Positions 1 to 17,992 are shown, numbered from the stretch's first letter. The stretch: DNA of 64,000 nt from Escherichia coli (GCF_003991155.1 NZ_CP031293.1), one strand, 5' to 3'. A program made the numbers and translations. The notes: a model not told the origin generated them from the letters alone.

Positions 1-69
1 TAGTATAAAAACGGGACTCATCAGTGACTTCGTGCAATCCAACGAACTCTGGACGAAAAAATTACGCAT

Positions 70-282
70 ATGCTTAAGGAAATTGACGTGTGGTCACATT
101 CGGCTTTGAGAAAAAACGGTATCGAGAATTATTCTGTGGTGAGGATCGCAAACAAATTAAAATCAGAAAGAACAGCAGCCAATTATTCAGATGATGTCCG
201 GAAGCTTTTTATATTGCACGAGCGCGTTTGCCCAAAGCAGGTTGTTAAAAGGTGGGGATATAGAAATGGACCCGGCGACTGA
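70..282 (+). CDS. hypothetical small ORF (70 aa); coding status uncertain
   Basis: ATG-initiated ORF whose stop codon lies inside a plus-strand terminator hairpin; no recognisable motif; I do not recall an annotated gene here. Confidence 0.2.
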   Translation: MLKEIDVWSHSALRKNGIENYSVVRIANKLKSERTAANYSDDVRKLFILHERVCPKQVVKRWGYRNGPGD

Positions 283-299
283 ACGCCGCCGGGTTTTTA
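271..299 (+). terminator. rho-independent terminator-like hairpin with T-run
   Basis: cccggcg...cgccggg stem followed by ttttt on the plus strand, just before the convergent ppsA stop. Confidence 0.5.
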
Positions 300-300
300 T

Positions 301-2679
301 TTACTTGTTAAGTTCAGCCAGGCTTAACCAGGTTTGCACCACGGTGTCCGGGTTCAGAGACAGGCTATCGATCCCTTCTTCCATCAACCATGCGGCAAAG
401 TCTTCGTGGTCGGACGGGCCCTGACCGCAAATCCCGACATATTTGCCCTGTTTCTTCGCGGCACGAATCGCCATCGACAGCAGTGCTTTCACCGCATCGT
501 TGCGCTCATCGAACAGTTCAGATACCACGCCGGAGTCACGATCCAGACCGAGCGCCAGCTGCGTCATGTCGTTTGAGCCAATTGAGAAGCCGTCGAAATA
601 TTCGAGGAACTGCTCGGCCAGCAAGGCGTTGGACGGAATTTCACACATCATGATGATTTTCAGCCCGTTCTCACCACGTTTCAGCCCCTGACGCGCCAGT
701 TCGTCAACCACCGCTTTCGCCTGATCTACGGTACGCACGAACGGGATCATGATCTCAACGTTGGTCAGCCCCATGTCGTTGCGCACACGTTTCACTGCTT
801 CACACTCCAGCGCGAAGCAGTCGCGGAAGCTGTCGGAAACATAGCGGCCCGCGCCACGGAAGCCGAGCATCGGGTTCTCTTCATCTGGCTCGTAACGCTC
901 ACCACCGACCAGGTTGGCATATTCGTTCGATTTAAAATCAGAGAGACGGACAATGACGCGCTTCGGATAAAACGCGGCACCCAGCGTCGCGATCCCTTCA
1001 GTCAGACGACCAACGTAAAATTCACGCGGAGAATCAAAACCTTTCATCATCTCGCGGATTTCGTTTTGCAACTGCGGTTCTTGATCGTCAAACTCAAGCA
1101 GTGCGCGTGGGTGGACGCCAATCATACGGTTGATGATAAATTCCAGACGCGCAAGTCCCACGCCTTCGTTCGGCAGACAGGCGAAGTCGAAAGCTCGGTC
1201 CGGGTTACCGACGTTCATCATCACCTTCAACGGCAGGTCCGGCATCGTTTCTACGCTGGAGCTTTTCACGCTAAATTCCAGCAACTCCGCATAGACGTAA
1301 CCGGTATCACCTTCGGCACAAGAAACAGTGACGTTCTCACCGTCTTTCATCCGTTCTGTTGCATCTCCACAGCCCACTACCGCCGGAATACCCAGTTCAC
1401 GAGCGATGATCGCCGCGTGACAGGTACGACCGCCACGGTTGGTGACGATGGCAGATGCTTTCTTCATGATCGGTTCCCAGTCCGGGTCGGTCATGTCAGT
1501 AACCAGCACGTCGCCAGGTTCGATGCGGTTCATTTCGCTGATGTCATGGATGACTTTCACCGGACCCGCGCCGATGCGATGACCGATAGCACGGCCTTCG
1601 GCGATAATCTTACCCTGTGAATGCAGCGTATAACGCTCCATGACCTGACCGCGTGAGCGCACGGTTTCCGGACGCGCCTGCACAATGAACAGTTTGCCGG
1701 TGTGGCCATCTTTCGCCCACTCAATATCCATCGGGCGACCGTAGTGTTTCTCAATTTGTACGGCCTGTTTTGCCAGTTCCTGCACTTCTTCGTTGGTCAG
1801 CGAGAAGATGTCACGCTGTTCCTGCGGTACGTCTTCGATTTTAACCTGCTTGCCGTGCTCCTGGGTCGGCGCGTAAACCATGCGGATTTTTTTCGACCCC
1901 ATGGTGCGGCGCACGATAGCCGGGCGATTCGCCGCCAGTGTCGGTTTGTGCACGTAAAACTCATCCGGGTTAACCGCACCCTGCACGACCATTTCACCAA
2001 GGCCCCATGCGGAAGTGATAAACACCACCTGGTCAAAGCCGGATTCGGTATCAATGGAGAACATCACGCCAGAAGATGCGAGGTCGGAGCGCACCATCCG
2101 CTGAACACCGGCGGAGAGCGCCACGCCACGGTGATCGTAACCCTGGTGCACACGATAAGAGATGGCGCGATCGTTAAACAGAGAAGCAAATACATGTTTC
2201 ACTGCCACGAGAACGGCGTCAAAACCCTGAACGTTGAGGAAAGTTTCCTGCTGACCGGCAAAAGAAGCGTCCGGCATATCTTCTGCAGTAGCGGAGGAAC
2301 GCACCGCAAACGAAGCGTTTTCGTCATCGGCGGAAAGCTGTGCATAGGCTTCGCGGATGGCGTTTTCCAGCTCAGGCTGGAAGGGAGTGTCGATAATCCA
2401 CTGGCGGATTTGCGCGCCCGCTTTCGCAAGCTGGGTAACATCGTCAATATCCGTTTTATCCAGCAGTTCATAAATGCGCTGGTTTACGCCGCTTTGGTCC
2501 AGAAACTGGTTAAACGCGTCGGCGGTTGTGGCGAAACCATTCGGAACGGAAACACCCATTCCGGAAAGGTTAGTAATCATTTCACCCAGGGAGGCATTTT
2601 TGCCCCCAACCCTGTCTACATCATTCATGCCGAGTTGGTTATACCAAAGCACCAGCGGTGACGAGCCATTGTTGGACAT
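301..2679 (-). CDS. ppsA: phosphoenolpyruvate synthase
   Basis: 792-aa ORF; translation recognisable as PEP-utilising enzyme ([21 protein letters not shown]); divergent from ppsR. Confidence 0.95.
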   Translation of the reverse strand: MSNNGSSPLVLWYNQLGMNDVDRVGGKNASLGEMITNLSGMGVSVPNGFATTADAFNQFLDQSGVNQRIYELLDKTDIDDVTQLAKAGAQIRQWIIDTPFQPELENAIREAYAQLSADDENASFAVRSSATAEDMPDASFAGQQETFLNVQGFDAVLVAVKHVFASLFNDRAISYRVHQGYDHRGVALSAGVQRMVRSDLASSGVMFSIDTESGFDQVVFITSAWGLGEMVVQGAVNPDEFYVHKPTLAANRPAIVRRTMGSKKIRMVYAPTQEHGKQVKIEDVPQEQRDIFSLTNEEVQELAKQAVQIEKHYGRPMDIEWAKDGHTGKLFIVQARPETVRSRGQVMERYTLHSQGKIIAEGRAIGHRIGAGPVKVIHDISEMNRIEPGDVLVTDMTDPDWEPIMKKASAIVTNRGGRTCHAAIIARELGIPAVVGCGDATERMKDGENVTVSCAEGDTGYVYAELLEFSVKSSSVETMPDLPLKVMMNVGNPDRAFDFACLPNEGVGLARLEFIINRMIGVHPRALLEFDDQEPQLQNEIREMMKGFDSPREFYVGRLTEGIATLGAAFYPKRVIVRLSDFKSNEYANLVGGERYEPDEENPMLGFRGAGRYVSDSFRDCFALECEAVKRVRNDMGLTNVEIMIPFVRTVDQAKAVVDELARQGLKRGENGLKIIMMCEIPSNALLAEQFLEYFDGFSIGSNDMTQLALGLDRDSGVVSELFDERNDAVKALLSMAIRAAKKQGKYVGICGQGPSDHEDFAAWLMEEGIDSLSLNPDTVVQTWLSLAELNK

Positions 2680-2765
2680 CGAACAATCCTTTTGTGATAA
2701 ATGAACGGTTTGAGAAACACATTTCTGCGCATTTATCTTTGCATATTTAACCGGATGAAAAAAAC

Positions 2766-2781
2766 GGTGAATCGTTCAAGC
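2766..2781. promoter_or_regulatory. putative Cra (FruR) box in ppsA promoter region
   Basis: ggtgaatcgttcaagc resembles the Cra half-palindrome TGAATCG/TTCAAG; ppsA is a known Cra-activated gene; site assignment is from memory. Confidence 0.45.
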
Positions 2782-3010
2782 AAATATATTTTTTTACTTT
2801 TTAAGACTGATCCCAGCGTTGCGCAAATCTGCTCTCTTCGACAATTTCCACATAAACCATCGGTATAAACGAAACCATAAAAATGAAATGCTGTTTTCAT
2901 AAAAAATAAAATTGAAGGTTCATTTATAAACCAGACATAACGTTCTACGCTTCTGTGCGTTTTTAATTTATGCTTTCATAGAATTATGTCTGCATCACGG
3001 GAAGAACAAA

Positions 3011-3844
3011 ATGGATAATGCTGTTGATCGCCACGTTTTTTATATTTCTGATGGTACGGCAATAACTGCGGAGGTATTAGGACACGCAGTAATGTCACAA
3101 TTTCCCGTCACTATCAGCAGCATTACGCTGCCGTTTGTCGAAAATGAGAGCCGTGCACGGGCAGTGAAGGATCAGATTGACGCAATTTATCACCAGACAG
3201 GTGTGCGCCCGCTGGTCTTCTACTCCATCGTGTTGCCGGAGATTCGCGCCATCATCTTGCAAAGTGAGGGCTTTTGCCAGGATATCGTTCAGGCGCTGGT
3301 TGCCCCGCTACAACAAGAGATGAAACTGGATCCCACGCCGATTGCTCATCGTACCCATGGCCTGAACCCTAATAACCTCAATAAATATGATGCGCGTATT
3401 GCGGCGATTGATTACACCCTTGCCCATGACGACGGCATTTCGTTGCGCAATCTGGACCAGGCTCAGGTGATCCTGCTCGGTGTTTCTCGCTGTGGTAAAA
3501 CCCCCACCAGTCTGTATCTGGCAATGCAATTTGGTATCCGCGCGGCAAACTACCCCTTTATTGCCGACGATATGGATAATCTGGTGCTACCCGCGTCGCT
3601 CAAACCGCTTCAGCACAAATTGTTCGGCCTGACTATCGACCCGGAACGTCTGGCGGCGATTCGCGAGGAACGTCGGGAGAACAGTCGCTATGCCTCGCTT
3701 CGTCAGTGCAGGATGGAAGTCGCGGAAGTGGAAGCGTTGTACCGTAAAAATCAGATCCCGTGGATTAACAGTACCAATTATTCGGTAGAAGAGATTGCCA
3801 CCAAGATCCTCGATATCATGGGCCTTAGCCGCCGAATGTACTAG
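3011..3844 (+). CDS. ppsR: PEP synthase regulatory protein (bifunctional kinase/pyrophosphorylase)
   Basis: 277-aa ORF with P-loop-like [11 protein letters not shown]; divergent partner of ppsA. Confidence 0.9.
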
Positions 3845-3855
3845 AAAACTAGTGC
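3838..3855. promoter_or_regulatory. TrpR operator of aroH
   Basis: gtactagaaaactagtgc is a near-perfect palindrome matching the Trp operator family (GTACTAG..CTAGT.C); overlaps the ppsR stop codon. Confidence 0.6.
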
Positions 3856-4000
3856 ATTGGCTTGCTTTTTTGTTATCATGCTAACCACCCGGCGAGGTGT
3901 GACACACCTCGCACTTGAAATCAGCTGCGATTGGTTTATCGTGATGCGCATCACTTCCCGGTAGTCCTGCCGTAGAAGCAACAAATTTCTGAGACTTGTA

Positions 4001-5047
4001 ATGAACAGAACTGACGAACTCCGTACTGCGCGTATTGAGAGCCTGGTAACGCCCGCCGAACTCGCGCTACGGTATCCCGTAACGCCTGGCGTCGCCACCC
4101 ATGTCACCGACTCCCGCCGCAGAATTGAAAAAATACTGAATGGTGAAGATAAGCGACTGTTGGTCATTATTGGCCCCTGCTCGATCCACGATCTCACCGC
4201 TGCAATGGAGTACGCCACCCGTCTGCAGTCGCTGCGCAACCAGTACCAGTCACGGCTGGAAATCGTAATGCGCACCTATTTTGAAAAACCACGAACTGTT
4301 GTCGGCTGGAAAGGACTCATCTCCGATCCAGATTTAAACGGTAGCTATCGGGTAAATCACGGTCTGGAGCTGGCGCGCAAATTACTTTTACAGGTAAATG
4401 AGCTGGGCGTCCCTACCGCGACTGAGTTCCTCGATATGGTGACCGGTCAGTTTATTGCTGATTTAATCAGTTGGGGCGCGATTGGCGCTCGTACTACCGA
4501 AAGTCAGATCCACCGCGAAATGGCTTCAGCACTCTCCTGTCCGGTAGGTTTTAAAAATGGTACCGATGGCAACACGCGGATTGCCGTGGATGCTATCCGC
4601 GCAGCCCGCGCCAGCCATATGTTCCTCTCACCAGACAAAAACGGTCAGATGACCATCTATCAGACCAGTGGCAACCCGTATGGCCATATTATTATGCGTG
4701 GCGGCAAAAAACCGAATTACCATGCCGATGATATCGCTGCAGCCTGCGATACGCTGCACGAGTTTGATTTACCTGAACATCTGGTGGTGGATTTCAGCCA
4801 CGGTAACTGCCAGAAGCAGCACCGTCGCCAGTTAGAAGTTTGTGAGGATATTTGTCAGCAAATCCGCAATGGCTCTACGGCGATTGCTGGAATTATGGCG
4901 GAAAGTTTCCTGCGCGAAGGAACGCAAAAAATCGTCGGCGGTCAGCCGCTCACTTACGGTCAATCGATTACCGACCCGTGTCTGGGCTGGGAAGATACCG
5001 AACGCCTGGTCGAAAAACTCGCCTCTGCGGTTGATACCCGCTTCTGA
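4001..5047 (+). CDS. aroH: DAHP synthase, Trp-sensitive
   Basis: 348-aa ORF; DAHP synthase class I sequence; preceded by TrpR operator. Confidence 0.93.
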   Translation: MNRTDELRTARIESLVTPAELALRYPVTPGVATHVTDSRRRIEKILNGEDKRLLVIIGPCSIHDLTAAMEYATRLQSLRNQYQSRLEIVMRTYFEKPRTVVGWKGLISDPDLNGSYRVNHGLELARKLLLQVNELGVPTATEFLDMVTGQFIADLISWGAIGARTTESQIHREMASALSCPVGFKNGTDGNTRIAVDAIRAARASHMFLSPDKNGQMTIYQTSGNPYGHIIMRGGKKPNYHADDIAAACDTLHEFDLPEHLVVDFSHGNCQKQHRRQLEVCEDICQQIRNGSTAIAGIMAESFLREGTQKIVGGQPLTYGQSITDPCLGWEDTERLVEKLASAVDTRF

Positions 5048-5052
5048 ATGCG

Positions 5053-5082
5053 TGCCCATTCCTGACGGAATGGGCATTTCTG
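5053..5082 (+). terminator. aroH rho-independent terminator
   Basis: tgcccattcc-tgac-ggaatgggca hairpin followed by tttctg. Confidence 0.6.
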
Positions 5083-5178
5083 CGCAACTTGTTGTCTTCT
5101 CAACACATTACTGCTTGCTCTGGCCCGCCAGAATATTGATAATAAGAATCATTGTTATATCAATTATTATTAATTTTT

Positions 5179-5370
5179 ATGCGTTATACGGATAGCAGAA
5201 AACTCACGCCTGAAACGGATGCCAATCACAAGACCGCTTCCCCGCAGCCCATTCGGCGAATTACCAGCCAGACACTGTTAGGTCCGGATGGCAAACTGAT
5301 TATCGATCATGACGGGCAAGAATATCTGCTCCGTAAAACTCAGGCTGGCAAGCTGCTGTTGACCAAGTAG
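5179..5370 (+). CDS. ydiE: small HemP-like protein (63 aa)
   Basis: ORF trimmed to internal ATG ([12 protein letters not shown]...); position after aroH as in K-12. Confidence 0.7.
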   Translation: MRYTDSRKLTPETDANHKTASPQPIRRITSQTLLGPDGKLIIDHDGQEYLLRKTQAGKLLLTK

Positions 5371-5373
5371 CCT

Positions 5374-6849
<1,476 letters not shown>

Positions 6850-6872
6850 TTAAACACCAGCAAACAGGAGGG

Positions 6873-7586
6873 TTATCGCTGAACCAACGTCGTTATCTGA
6901 TTTACAGGAACGGCAGGCCACAGGCATCCCTGGAGAGCATGGAAATCAAAGGGGGTAATCTGTGCCATTATTTCTGGCGTATCAATGCCCCCCGCGATGA
7001 TGCAATTGCAACATGGGGAAATTTGCGCCTGGATCGCACGAATAAACGGTTCGAAGGAGCGATGCGTGATTTGTTGCTGAATAAAACTTTTATCCAGCAT
7101 GACGCGGGTGAAAAGACCATCAAAAACCGCTTTCATTGTGCTATTGCCTGCGCCCAAATTACCTAACACAAGGGGATACATTTGCGATAAGGAAAAAAGA
7201 TCGCGATTATCTTTTCCTTCATCGAGATGCGGGTAATTCTCATTAATCAACAGTTCAATAAACGGATATTTTAATAGTTCGCCCGCGTAATTATCCCTGT
7301 CTAATAATAAAGTAGCCACTTGTGGGGTTAAATTAAGCCAGGCAAAGAGTTTATGTTGAATAAAAAAGTGTTGGCATGATTTTAGCAATTCCAACTGCTC
7401 AGAAAATAATTGCCAATGTTGCTCCTCGGTAAGTTGCGCTATAACCCGACTCGTCGGTATACGAACCGTACCATCTTCACTGGAGAAATGGGTAATTAAC
7501 TCAACGCCGACAAGGTCTTGCTGGTTATCTCTTATCGGCAGGAAATAGCAATCAGAATGATAAAGATTCTCCAAAAAAATCTTCAT
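6873..7586 (-). CDS. ydiV: anti-FlhD4C2 factor, degenerate EAL-like domain
   Basis: 237-aa ORF; synteny. Confidence 0.85.
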   Translation of the reverse strand: MKIFLENLYHSDCYFLPIRDNQQDLVGVELITHFSSEDGTVRIPTSRVIAQLTEEQHWQLFSEQLELLKSCQHFFIQHKLFAWLNLTPQVATLLLDRDNYAGELLKYPFIELLINENYPHLDEGKDNRDLFSLSQMYPLVLGNLGAGNSTMKAVFDGLFTRVMLDKSFIQQQITHRSFEPFIRAIQAQISPCCNCIIAGGIDTPEIMAQITPFDFHALQGCLWPAVPVNQITTLVQR

Positions 7587-7832
7587 GGTAACCGTCCCTC
7601 TCGAAGGATGTTTTTCAGTATCCGGCTAAAAGGGATGAGGCCATAAGACATAACAATTACAGAAGGAGTAACTTTCATTTGTTCCATGTTAACCACTTTT
7701 TCAGGGGTCCTTTTATTAGATTATCCTGATTATAAACGAATAATCCATTTACGGAATTTTTGTCTGTAAAATACTACTGTATTCAGGAGTAAATGGACGG
7801 AGATGTATCATCGCCGTCCATTTTTCGACATA

Positions 7833-8297
7833 CTAGATTCGTCTCGCCTGCCAGAAATTTTTCTGCCAATAAACATTATCGAGTGAGGAACGCATCACTC
7901 CCTTGCTGGTAGAGGCGTGGATAAATTGGTTGTTGGTATCGTAAATACCTACATGCAAACCATTTTGTCCGGAGCCCGTTTTGAAAAAGACCAGGTCACC
8001 AGGCAGCAACTCGTCTTTATCAATTTGCGTGCCGATAGAGGCTTGTTCTTTGGTTTCTCGGGGCAGCTGCAAATCGAAACGATCGCGCATCGTCACAACC
8101 ACAAACCCCGAACAGTCCACACCGCGCCGCGTCATGCCACCATAACGATACGGCGTGCCATGCCAGCTCTGTAGCTGGTCGTTCAAACCGGCAATAACGG
8201 TAATCGAATCAGAAAGTCTGGCATTTGGCGGCGGTGCTTTATGGTGGCTACACCCGGCCAGAAACAGTGCTGTGATCAAAATAAGGCAGAAACGCAT
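7833..8297 (-). CDS. nlpC: NlpC/P60-family lipoprotein
   Basis: 154-aa ORF with lipobox (LFLAGCSHH) and Cys/His peptidase motifs (DCSGF, HVGIY). Confidence 0.88.
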   Translation of the reverse strand: MRFCLILITALFLAGCSHHKAPPPNARLSDSITVIAGLNDQLQSWHGTPYRYGGMTRRGVDCSGFVVVTMRDRFDLQLPRETKEQASIGTQIDKDELLPGDLVFFKTGSGQNGLHVGIYDTNNQFIHASTSKGVMRSSLDNVYWQKNFWQARRI

Positions 8298-8374
8298 TCC
8301 GTACGGTTCCTCTGTTTTTTATTCTTGCATTAATTTAGCGTCGTAATTACCCGATTTTCAAGATACTAATGAAA

Positions 8375-9124
8375 TCAGATGGTCGAAATCAGCATTCTGT
8401 GACCTTCGATATCCAGACGGCGAAAATTCATCCCATAGGCCTGCGCCAGATTTGGCGGCGTGAGCACCTCTTCCCTGCGTCCACTGGCCAGCATTTTTCC
8501 ACCTTTTAGCAACCACGCCCGATGCGCATGACGCAATGTATGGTTGAGATCGTGACTGCTCATCACAATCGCCAGTCCTTGCTGACACAGCGCGCTCAGA
8601 ATTTTGTCTAACGCACTTTGTTGCGCAACATCAAGACTGTTCATAGGCTCATCAAGAAGTAGTAATTGGCCTGCGGGATTGGCTTGTGGTGTGATTTGCA
8701 GCACCACCGCAGCAAGACGTACGCGTTGCCATTCGCCGCCGGAAAGTTGATTGGTGCTACGTCCGAGTTTGTCATCAAGAGCCAGCGCCCCTGCGACATC
8801 ATTCAGTAGTTCGGTACGCGTTTTATCGTGCTGATGCAGTGTCAGGTAGTGCCAGACCGGCATTGCAAACGGCGGCGTCTGCTGTTGTGAAAGATAGGCG
8901 CGATGCAGCGCGAGTTTTGTTGCGGACCATGCTTCCAGTGGTTGCCCCGCGAACTGAATGCTTCCCTTACCGCTGGTCATTCCGGCCATTCGTGCAAGCA
9001 AGGTACTCTTACCCGCGCCGTTCGGCCCCACCAGGTGCAGGATCTCCCCAGCCCGAACCTCGCCAGAAAGCGGCCCCAGGCGGGTAGATTCCGCAACATC
9101 CTGTAACTGCATCACAATAGACAT
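8375..9124 (-). CDS. btuD: vitamin B12 ABC transporter ATP-binding protein
   Basis: 249-aa ORF with Walker [10 protein letters not shown] and signature LSGGEWQR. Confidence 0.92.
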
Positions 9125-9675
9125 TATTTTGCCAACGCCAGTTTAATGCTTTCCATCACAATGGGATCTTCCGGCGTCATATCCGGGGAAAAACGCTGGA
9201 TGACCAATCCGTCCCTGCCAACTAAAAATTTCTCAAAATTCCATAAAATATCATCAGGGTACAGCGGTGCACGACCTTTGCTGACCATACGGGCATAGAA
9301 TCCGCTCTCTTCCGGCGCGACTGCGGTCGGCGCTGCGGCAATCAATTTTTGATACAGCGGATGGCGTCCTTCGCCATTAACTTCAATCTTACTGAACATC
9401 GGGAACGTCACCCCCCATGTGGTGGTACAGTAAGTTTTAATCTCTTCATCGCTGCCCGGTTCTTGTTCCAGAAACTGGTTGCACGGGAATCCCAGCACCA
9501 CAAAACCACGATCAGCCCAGGCTTTCTGAATATTCTCCAACTGCTCATATTGCGGCGTTAAGCCACACTTTGAGGCGACATTGACAATCAACAGCACATT
9601 ACCGGCGTACTTCTCCAGCGTGGTCACTTCACCGTCGATATCTTTCACTACGGTCGTCAGAATGGAATCTTGCAT
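9124..9675 (-). CDS. btuE: glutathione peroxidase-family protein
   Basis: 183-aa ORF with [12 protein letters not shown] and WNFEKFL peroxidase motifs; sits between btuC and btuD. Confidence 0.9.
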
Positions 9676-9737
9676 CGTTTCTCCTGGGTGTGGTCAGTAA
9701 AAATCTTAGCTTTTAATCATAGACCGTCTTTTTGCGG

Positions 9738-10718
9738 CTAACGTCCTGCTTTTAACAATAACCAGATAAACACCGGCGCACCCAACGTTGCGGTGACCAC
9801 GCCAATAGGCAGCTCTGCGGCAGCTAATGCCAGGCGCGCTACAATATCGGCCAGCAGCAATGCGCTCGCCCCTGCCAGCGCGCAGCCGGGAAGTAATACG
9901 CGATGATCGGTTAAACCACACAGCCGGAGAATATGTGGGATCACCAGACCAATAAAGCCGATAGCACCCGCCAGCGCCACACTGACGCCAACCATCCAGC
10001 CGGTCGCTGCCACCAACACATTGCGCCAGAACCACAGGGGTAAACCCAGTTGCCGCGCCGAGATCTCGCCAAGTGCTAACATATTCATTGGCCTGGACTG
10101 ACAACAGATCCACAACAACACGGGGATCAATGCCAGCATCAGCCAGCTTTGCCGCCAGTCTACGCCGCCAAAACCGCCCATCATCCAGTACATCAGCTGA
10201 CGTAAATCAACAGAGGTGGAAAAGTAGATAGCCCACGTCATTAGTGCGCTACAGATAATCCCTAATGCAACGCCAGCCAGCAATAACCGACTGGTCGAAA
10301 GATGACGACGGGCGAAACGTAAGAGTATTAAAGTGATGATAAGCGCGCCAGCAATCGCACACAGCCCCAGCGCCCAGTTGGGGAGTTGCCCTTGCCCAAG
10401 CAATACCGCGGCGATAAGCCCCACGCCTGCGCCATTAGAGACGCCAAGTAGTCCAGGTTCTGCCAGAGGATTTTCAAACAACGCCTGCATTACAGCGCCG
10501 GATATAGCCAGCGCCGCACCAACCAGCAATACAGCCAGCGTACGTGGCAGGCGAATTTGCCAGACGAACAGTTCGCCACGAGGAGTAAACCAGTCACCTG
10601 GCGAGATCCATTGTTCACCGGCGCAAAGGCTTAAGAGAAGCGCCAGCAGCATCAAAACTGACAGGCATAATAACCAGCGAATATTTTGTCGCTGTTGTTG
10701 GCGGGCAAGTGTCAGCAT
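9738..10718 (-). CDS. btuC: vitamin B12 ABC transporter permease
   Basis: 326 aa from second ATG of the 329-aa ORF; polytopic membrane protein; btuCED order. Confidence 0.9.
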   Translation of the reverse strand: MLTLARQQQRQNIRWLLCLSVLMLLALLLSLCAGEQWISPGDWFTPRGELFVWQIRLPRTLAVLLVGAALAISGAVMQALFENPLAEPGLLGVSNGAGVGLIAAVLLGQGQLPNWALGLCAIAGALIITLILLRFARRHLSTSRLLLAGVALGIICSALMTWAIYFSTSVDLRQLMYWMMGGFGGVDWRQSWLMLALIPVLLWICCQSRPMNMLALGEISARQLGLPLWFWRNVLVAATGWMVGVSVALAGAIGFIGLVIPHILRLCGLTDHRVLLPGCALAGASALLLADIVARLALAAAELPIGVVTATLGAPVFIWLLLKAGR

Positions 10719-10779
10719 GGTATCCATTCTGCTGAAGTGTCATGGCGTTGATTTTACGGTGACTCTTCGACAGTGAAAA

Positions 10780-10808
10780 GAAAAAAGGCCGCAGAGCGGC
10801 CTTTTTAG
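10780..10808 (-). terminator. ihfA rho-independent terminator
   Basis: ggccgc-agag-cggcc hairpin flanked by A-run and T-run. Confidence 0.65.
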
Positions 10809-10818
10809 TTAGATCAGA

Positions 10819-11118
10819 TTACTCGTCTTTGGGCGAAGCGTTTTCGACCCGGCTTTTTAACTTCTGCCCGGGTCTGAAGGTCACCACGCGCCGTGCTGTA
10901 ATGGGAATATCCTCGCCCGTTTTCGGGTTACGTCCCGGGCGTTGATTCTTATCACGCAGATCGAAGTTACCAAAACCAGAGAGTTTCACCTGTTCGCCGT
11001 TTTCCAGAGCGCGACGGATCTCTTCGAAAAACAGTTCAACCAGTTCTTTGGCATCCCGCTTGCTAAGCCCAAGCTTATCAAACAGATATTCTGACATTTC
11101 AGCTTTTGTAAGCGCCAT
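10819..11118 (-). CDS. ihfA: integration host factor alpha subunit
   Basis: 99-aa ORF ([39 protein letters not shown]...). Confidence 0.95.
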
Positions 11119-11122
11119 AGGT

Positions 11123-13513
<2,391 letters not shown>

Positions 13514-13524
13514 CTATTCCTGCC

Positions 13525-14550
<1,026 letters not shown>

Positions 14551-14573
14551 TTAATTTTTTCAAAACGCGCATA

Positions 14574-14600
14574 CAAAAAAAGCCTCCACTGGGAGGCTTT
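14574..14600 (-). terminator. pheST attenuator (leader terminator)
   Basis: agcctccactgggaggct hairpin followed by a T-run on the minus strand, between the pheM leader and pheS. Confidence 0.7.
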
Positions 14601-14646
14601 CAGGCGCTGTTTTCCGTTTCTCTTCTCACGCGCTAGCCTCCTGGAG

Positions 14647-14691
14647 TCAGGTGCTAAAGTAAAAAAAGAAGCGGAAAATAGCAGCATTCAT
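14647..14691 (-). CDS. pheM: pheST leader peptide (Phe-rich, 14 aa)
   Basis: reverse complement reads ATG AAT GCT GCT ATT TTC CGC TTC TTT TTT TAC TTT AGC ACC TGA = [14 protein letters not shown]. Confidence 0.85.
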
Positions 14692-14771
14692 TGCTTGCGT
14701 TACCTTTTGGTACTCTTCAAAAGACCTTTATTGAAAAGGCTACGGCGATAAAAGTCAATGTTTTGATGGCG

Positions 14772-14803
14772 TTGAAACGAAAAGAGGGAGACTAGCTCCC
14801 TCT
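14772..14803 (-). terminator. rplT terminator
   Basis: agagggag-acta-gctccctct hairpin followed by a T-rich tract on the minus strand. Confidence 0.6.
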
Positions 14804-14813
14804 TTCAACTGGC

Positions 14814-15197
<384 letters not shown>

Positions 15198-15223
15198 TTA
15201 AAAAGTTAAAAAACGTTAACGGC

Positions 15224-15445
<222 letters not shown>

Positions 15446-15517
15446 TTAATAAACGAAACAAAGGCGAACAATGCCTGTGAAGCCCAAAGGCTCCACAGAC
15501 AGTGCTACTTGAAGGCC

Positions 15518-16063
<546 letters not shown>

Positions 16064-17992
16064 TTATTCCTCCAATTGTTTAAGACTGCGGCTGCGAATC
16101 TCTTGTTGCAGCTTCTCGATCACTTCATTTACGTCCATGCTTCCCAGGTCTTTACCACGGCGGGTGCGAACGGCAACTTTGCCTGATTCCACCTCTTTAT
16201 CACCACAGACCAGCATATACGGGACGCGACGCAAAGTGTGCTCGCGGATTTTAAAGCCAATCTTCTCATTTCTCAAGTCTGCTTTAACACGAATGCCCGC
16301 ATTTGATAGTTTTTGCGTCAATTCGTTAACGTATTCAGACTGCGAATCGGTAATATTCATGATAACAACCTGAACCGGCGCAAGCCAAGTCGGGAAGAAA
16401 CCAGCGAATTCTTCGGTCAGGATACCGATGAAACGTTCCATCGACCCCAGAATTGCGCGGTGAATCATTACCGGTACCTTACGCTCGTTGTCTTCGCCCA
16501 CATAGGAGGCGCTCAGACGAGACGGCAAGGAGAAGTCCAGCTGTACTGTACCGCACTGCCATGCACGATCGAGGCAGTCATACAGGGTAAATTCAATTTT
16601 CGGACCGTAGAAAGCGCCTTCACCCAGTTGATATTCAAACGGGATGTTGTTTTCTTCCAGCGCAACCGCCAGGTCCGCCTCAGCACGATCCCACATTTCG
16701 TCGCTGCCAATACGTTTTTCAGGACGAGTGGAGAGTTTGACGACGATCTTCTCGAAGCCAAAAGTGCTGTACATATCATAGACTAAACGGATACATCCGT
16801 TAACTTCATCGCGAATTTGTTCTTCAGTACAGAAGATATGCGCGTCATCCTGGGTAAATCCACGTACGCGCATCAGGCCATGCAGCGAACCTGACGGCTC
16901 GTTACGGTGGCAGCTACCAAACTCGGCCATACGCAGCGGCAAATCGCGATACGACTTCAGCCCCTGGTTGAAAATTTGTACGTGACCCGGGCAGTTCATC
17001 GGCTTAATGCAGTATTCACGGTTCTCAGAAGACGTGGTGAACATTGCATCTTTGTAGTTGTCCCAGTGACCGGTTTTTTCCCACAGAACACGGTCCATCA
17101 TGAACGGACCTTTAACTTCCTGATACTGGTACTCTTTCAGTTTAGAACGAACAAACACTTCCAGTTCACGGAAGATGGTCCAGCCATCGTTGTGCCAGAA
17201 TACCATACCCGGTGCTTCTTCCTGCATATGGTACAGGTCGAGCTGTTTACCGATTTTACGGTGGTCGCGTTTCGCGGCTTCTTCCAGGCGCTGCAGGTAA
17301 GCGTTAAGCGCTTTTTTGTCTGCCCACGCCGTACCGTAAATACGTTGCAACATTTTGTTGTTGCTGTCGCCACGCCAGTAAGCCCCTGCCGTTTTCATTA
17401 GTTTGAAATGATGGCAGAAACGCATGTTCGGTACGTGCGGACCGCGGCACATATCGACATATTCTTCATGGAAGTACAGACCTGGCTTGTCATCATGGGC
17501 GATGTTTTCGTCAAGAATGGAGACTTTGTAGCTCTCCCCACGGTTGGCGAAAGTTTCACGCGCTTCGTGCCAGCTGACTTTCTTCTTAATGACGTCGTAG
17601 TTTTTCTCAGCAAGCTCATGCATCCGCTTCTCGAGTGCTTCGACATCTTCCTGGGTTAACGTACGGTCAAGATCAACGTCGTAATAAAAACCGTTGTCAA
17701 TAACCGGGCCGATTGCCATTTTGGTATGCGGCCAAAGTTGTTTAATCGCGTGCCCTAACAGGTGCGCACAGGAGTGACGAATGATCTCCAGACCTTCTTC
17801 GTCTTTGGCGGTAATGATCGACAGTTGTGCGTCGTTTTCAATCAGATCGCAAGCATCAACCAGTTCGCCATTAACGCGCCCTGCGATACAGGCTTTCGCC
17901 AGACCTGGACCAATGTCCAGCGCAACATCCATGGGGCTTACAGCGTGGTCGTAATGGCGTTGGCTGCCATCAGGAAGAGTTATAACAGGCAT
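16064..17992 (-). CDS. thrS: threonine-tRNA ligase
   Basis: 642-aa ORF with class II aaRS motifs; upstream of infC. Confidence 0.96.

Noticed and set aside
1702-2661. 319-aa plus-strand ORF lying antisense inside ppsA
   Set aside because: Entirely contained in the opposite strand of a well-supported highly expressed gene; no start context; typical shadow ORF of GC-rich coding sequence.
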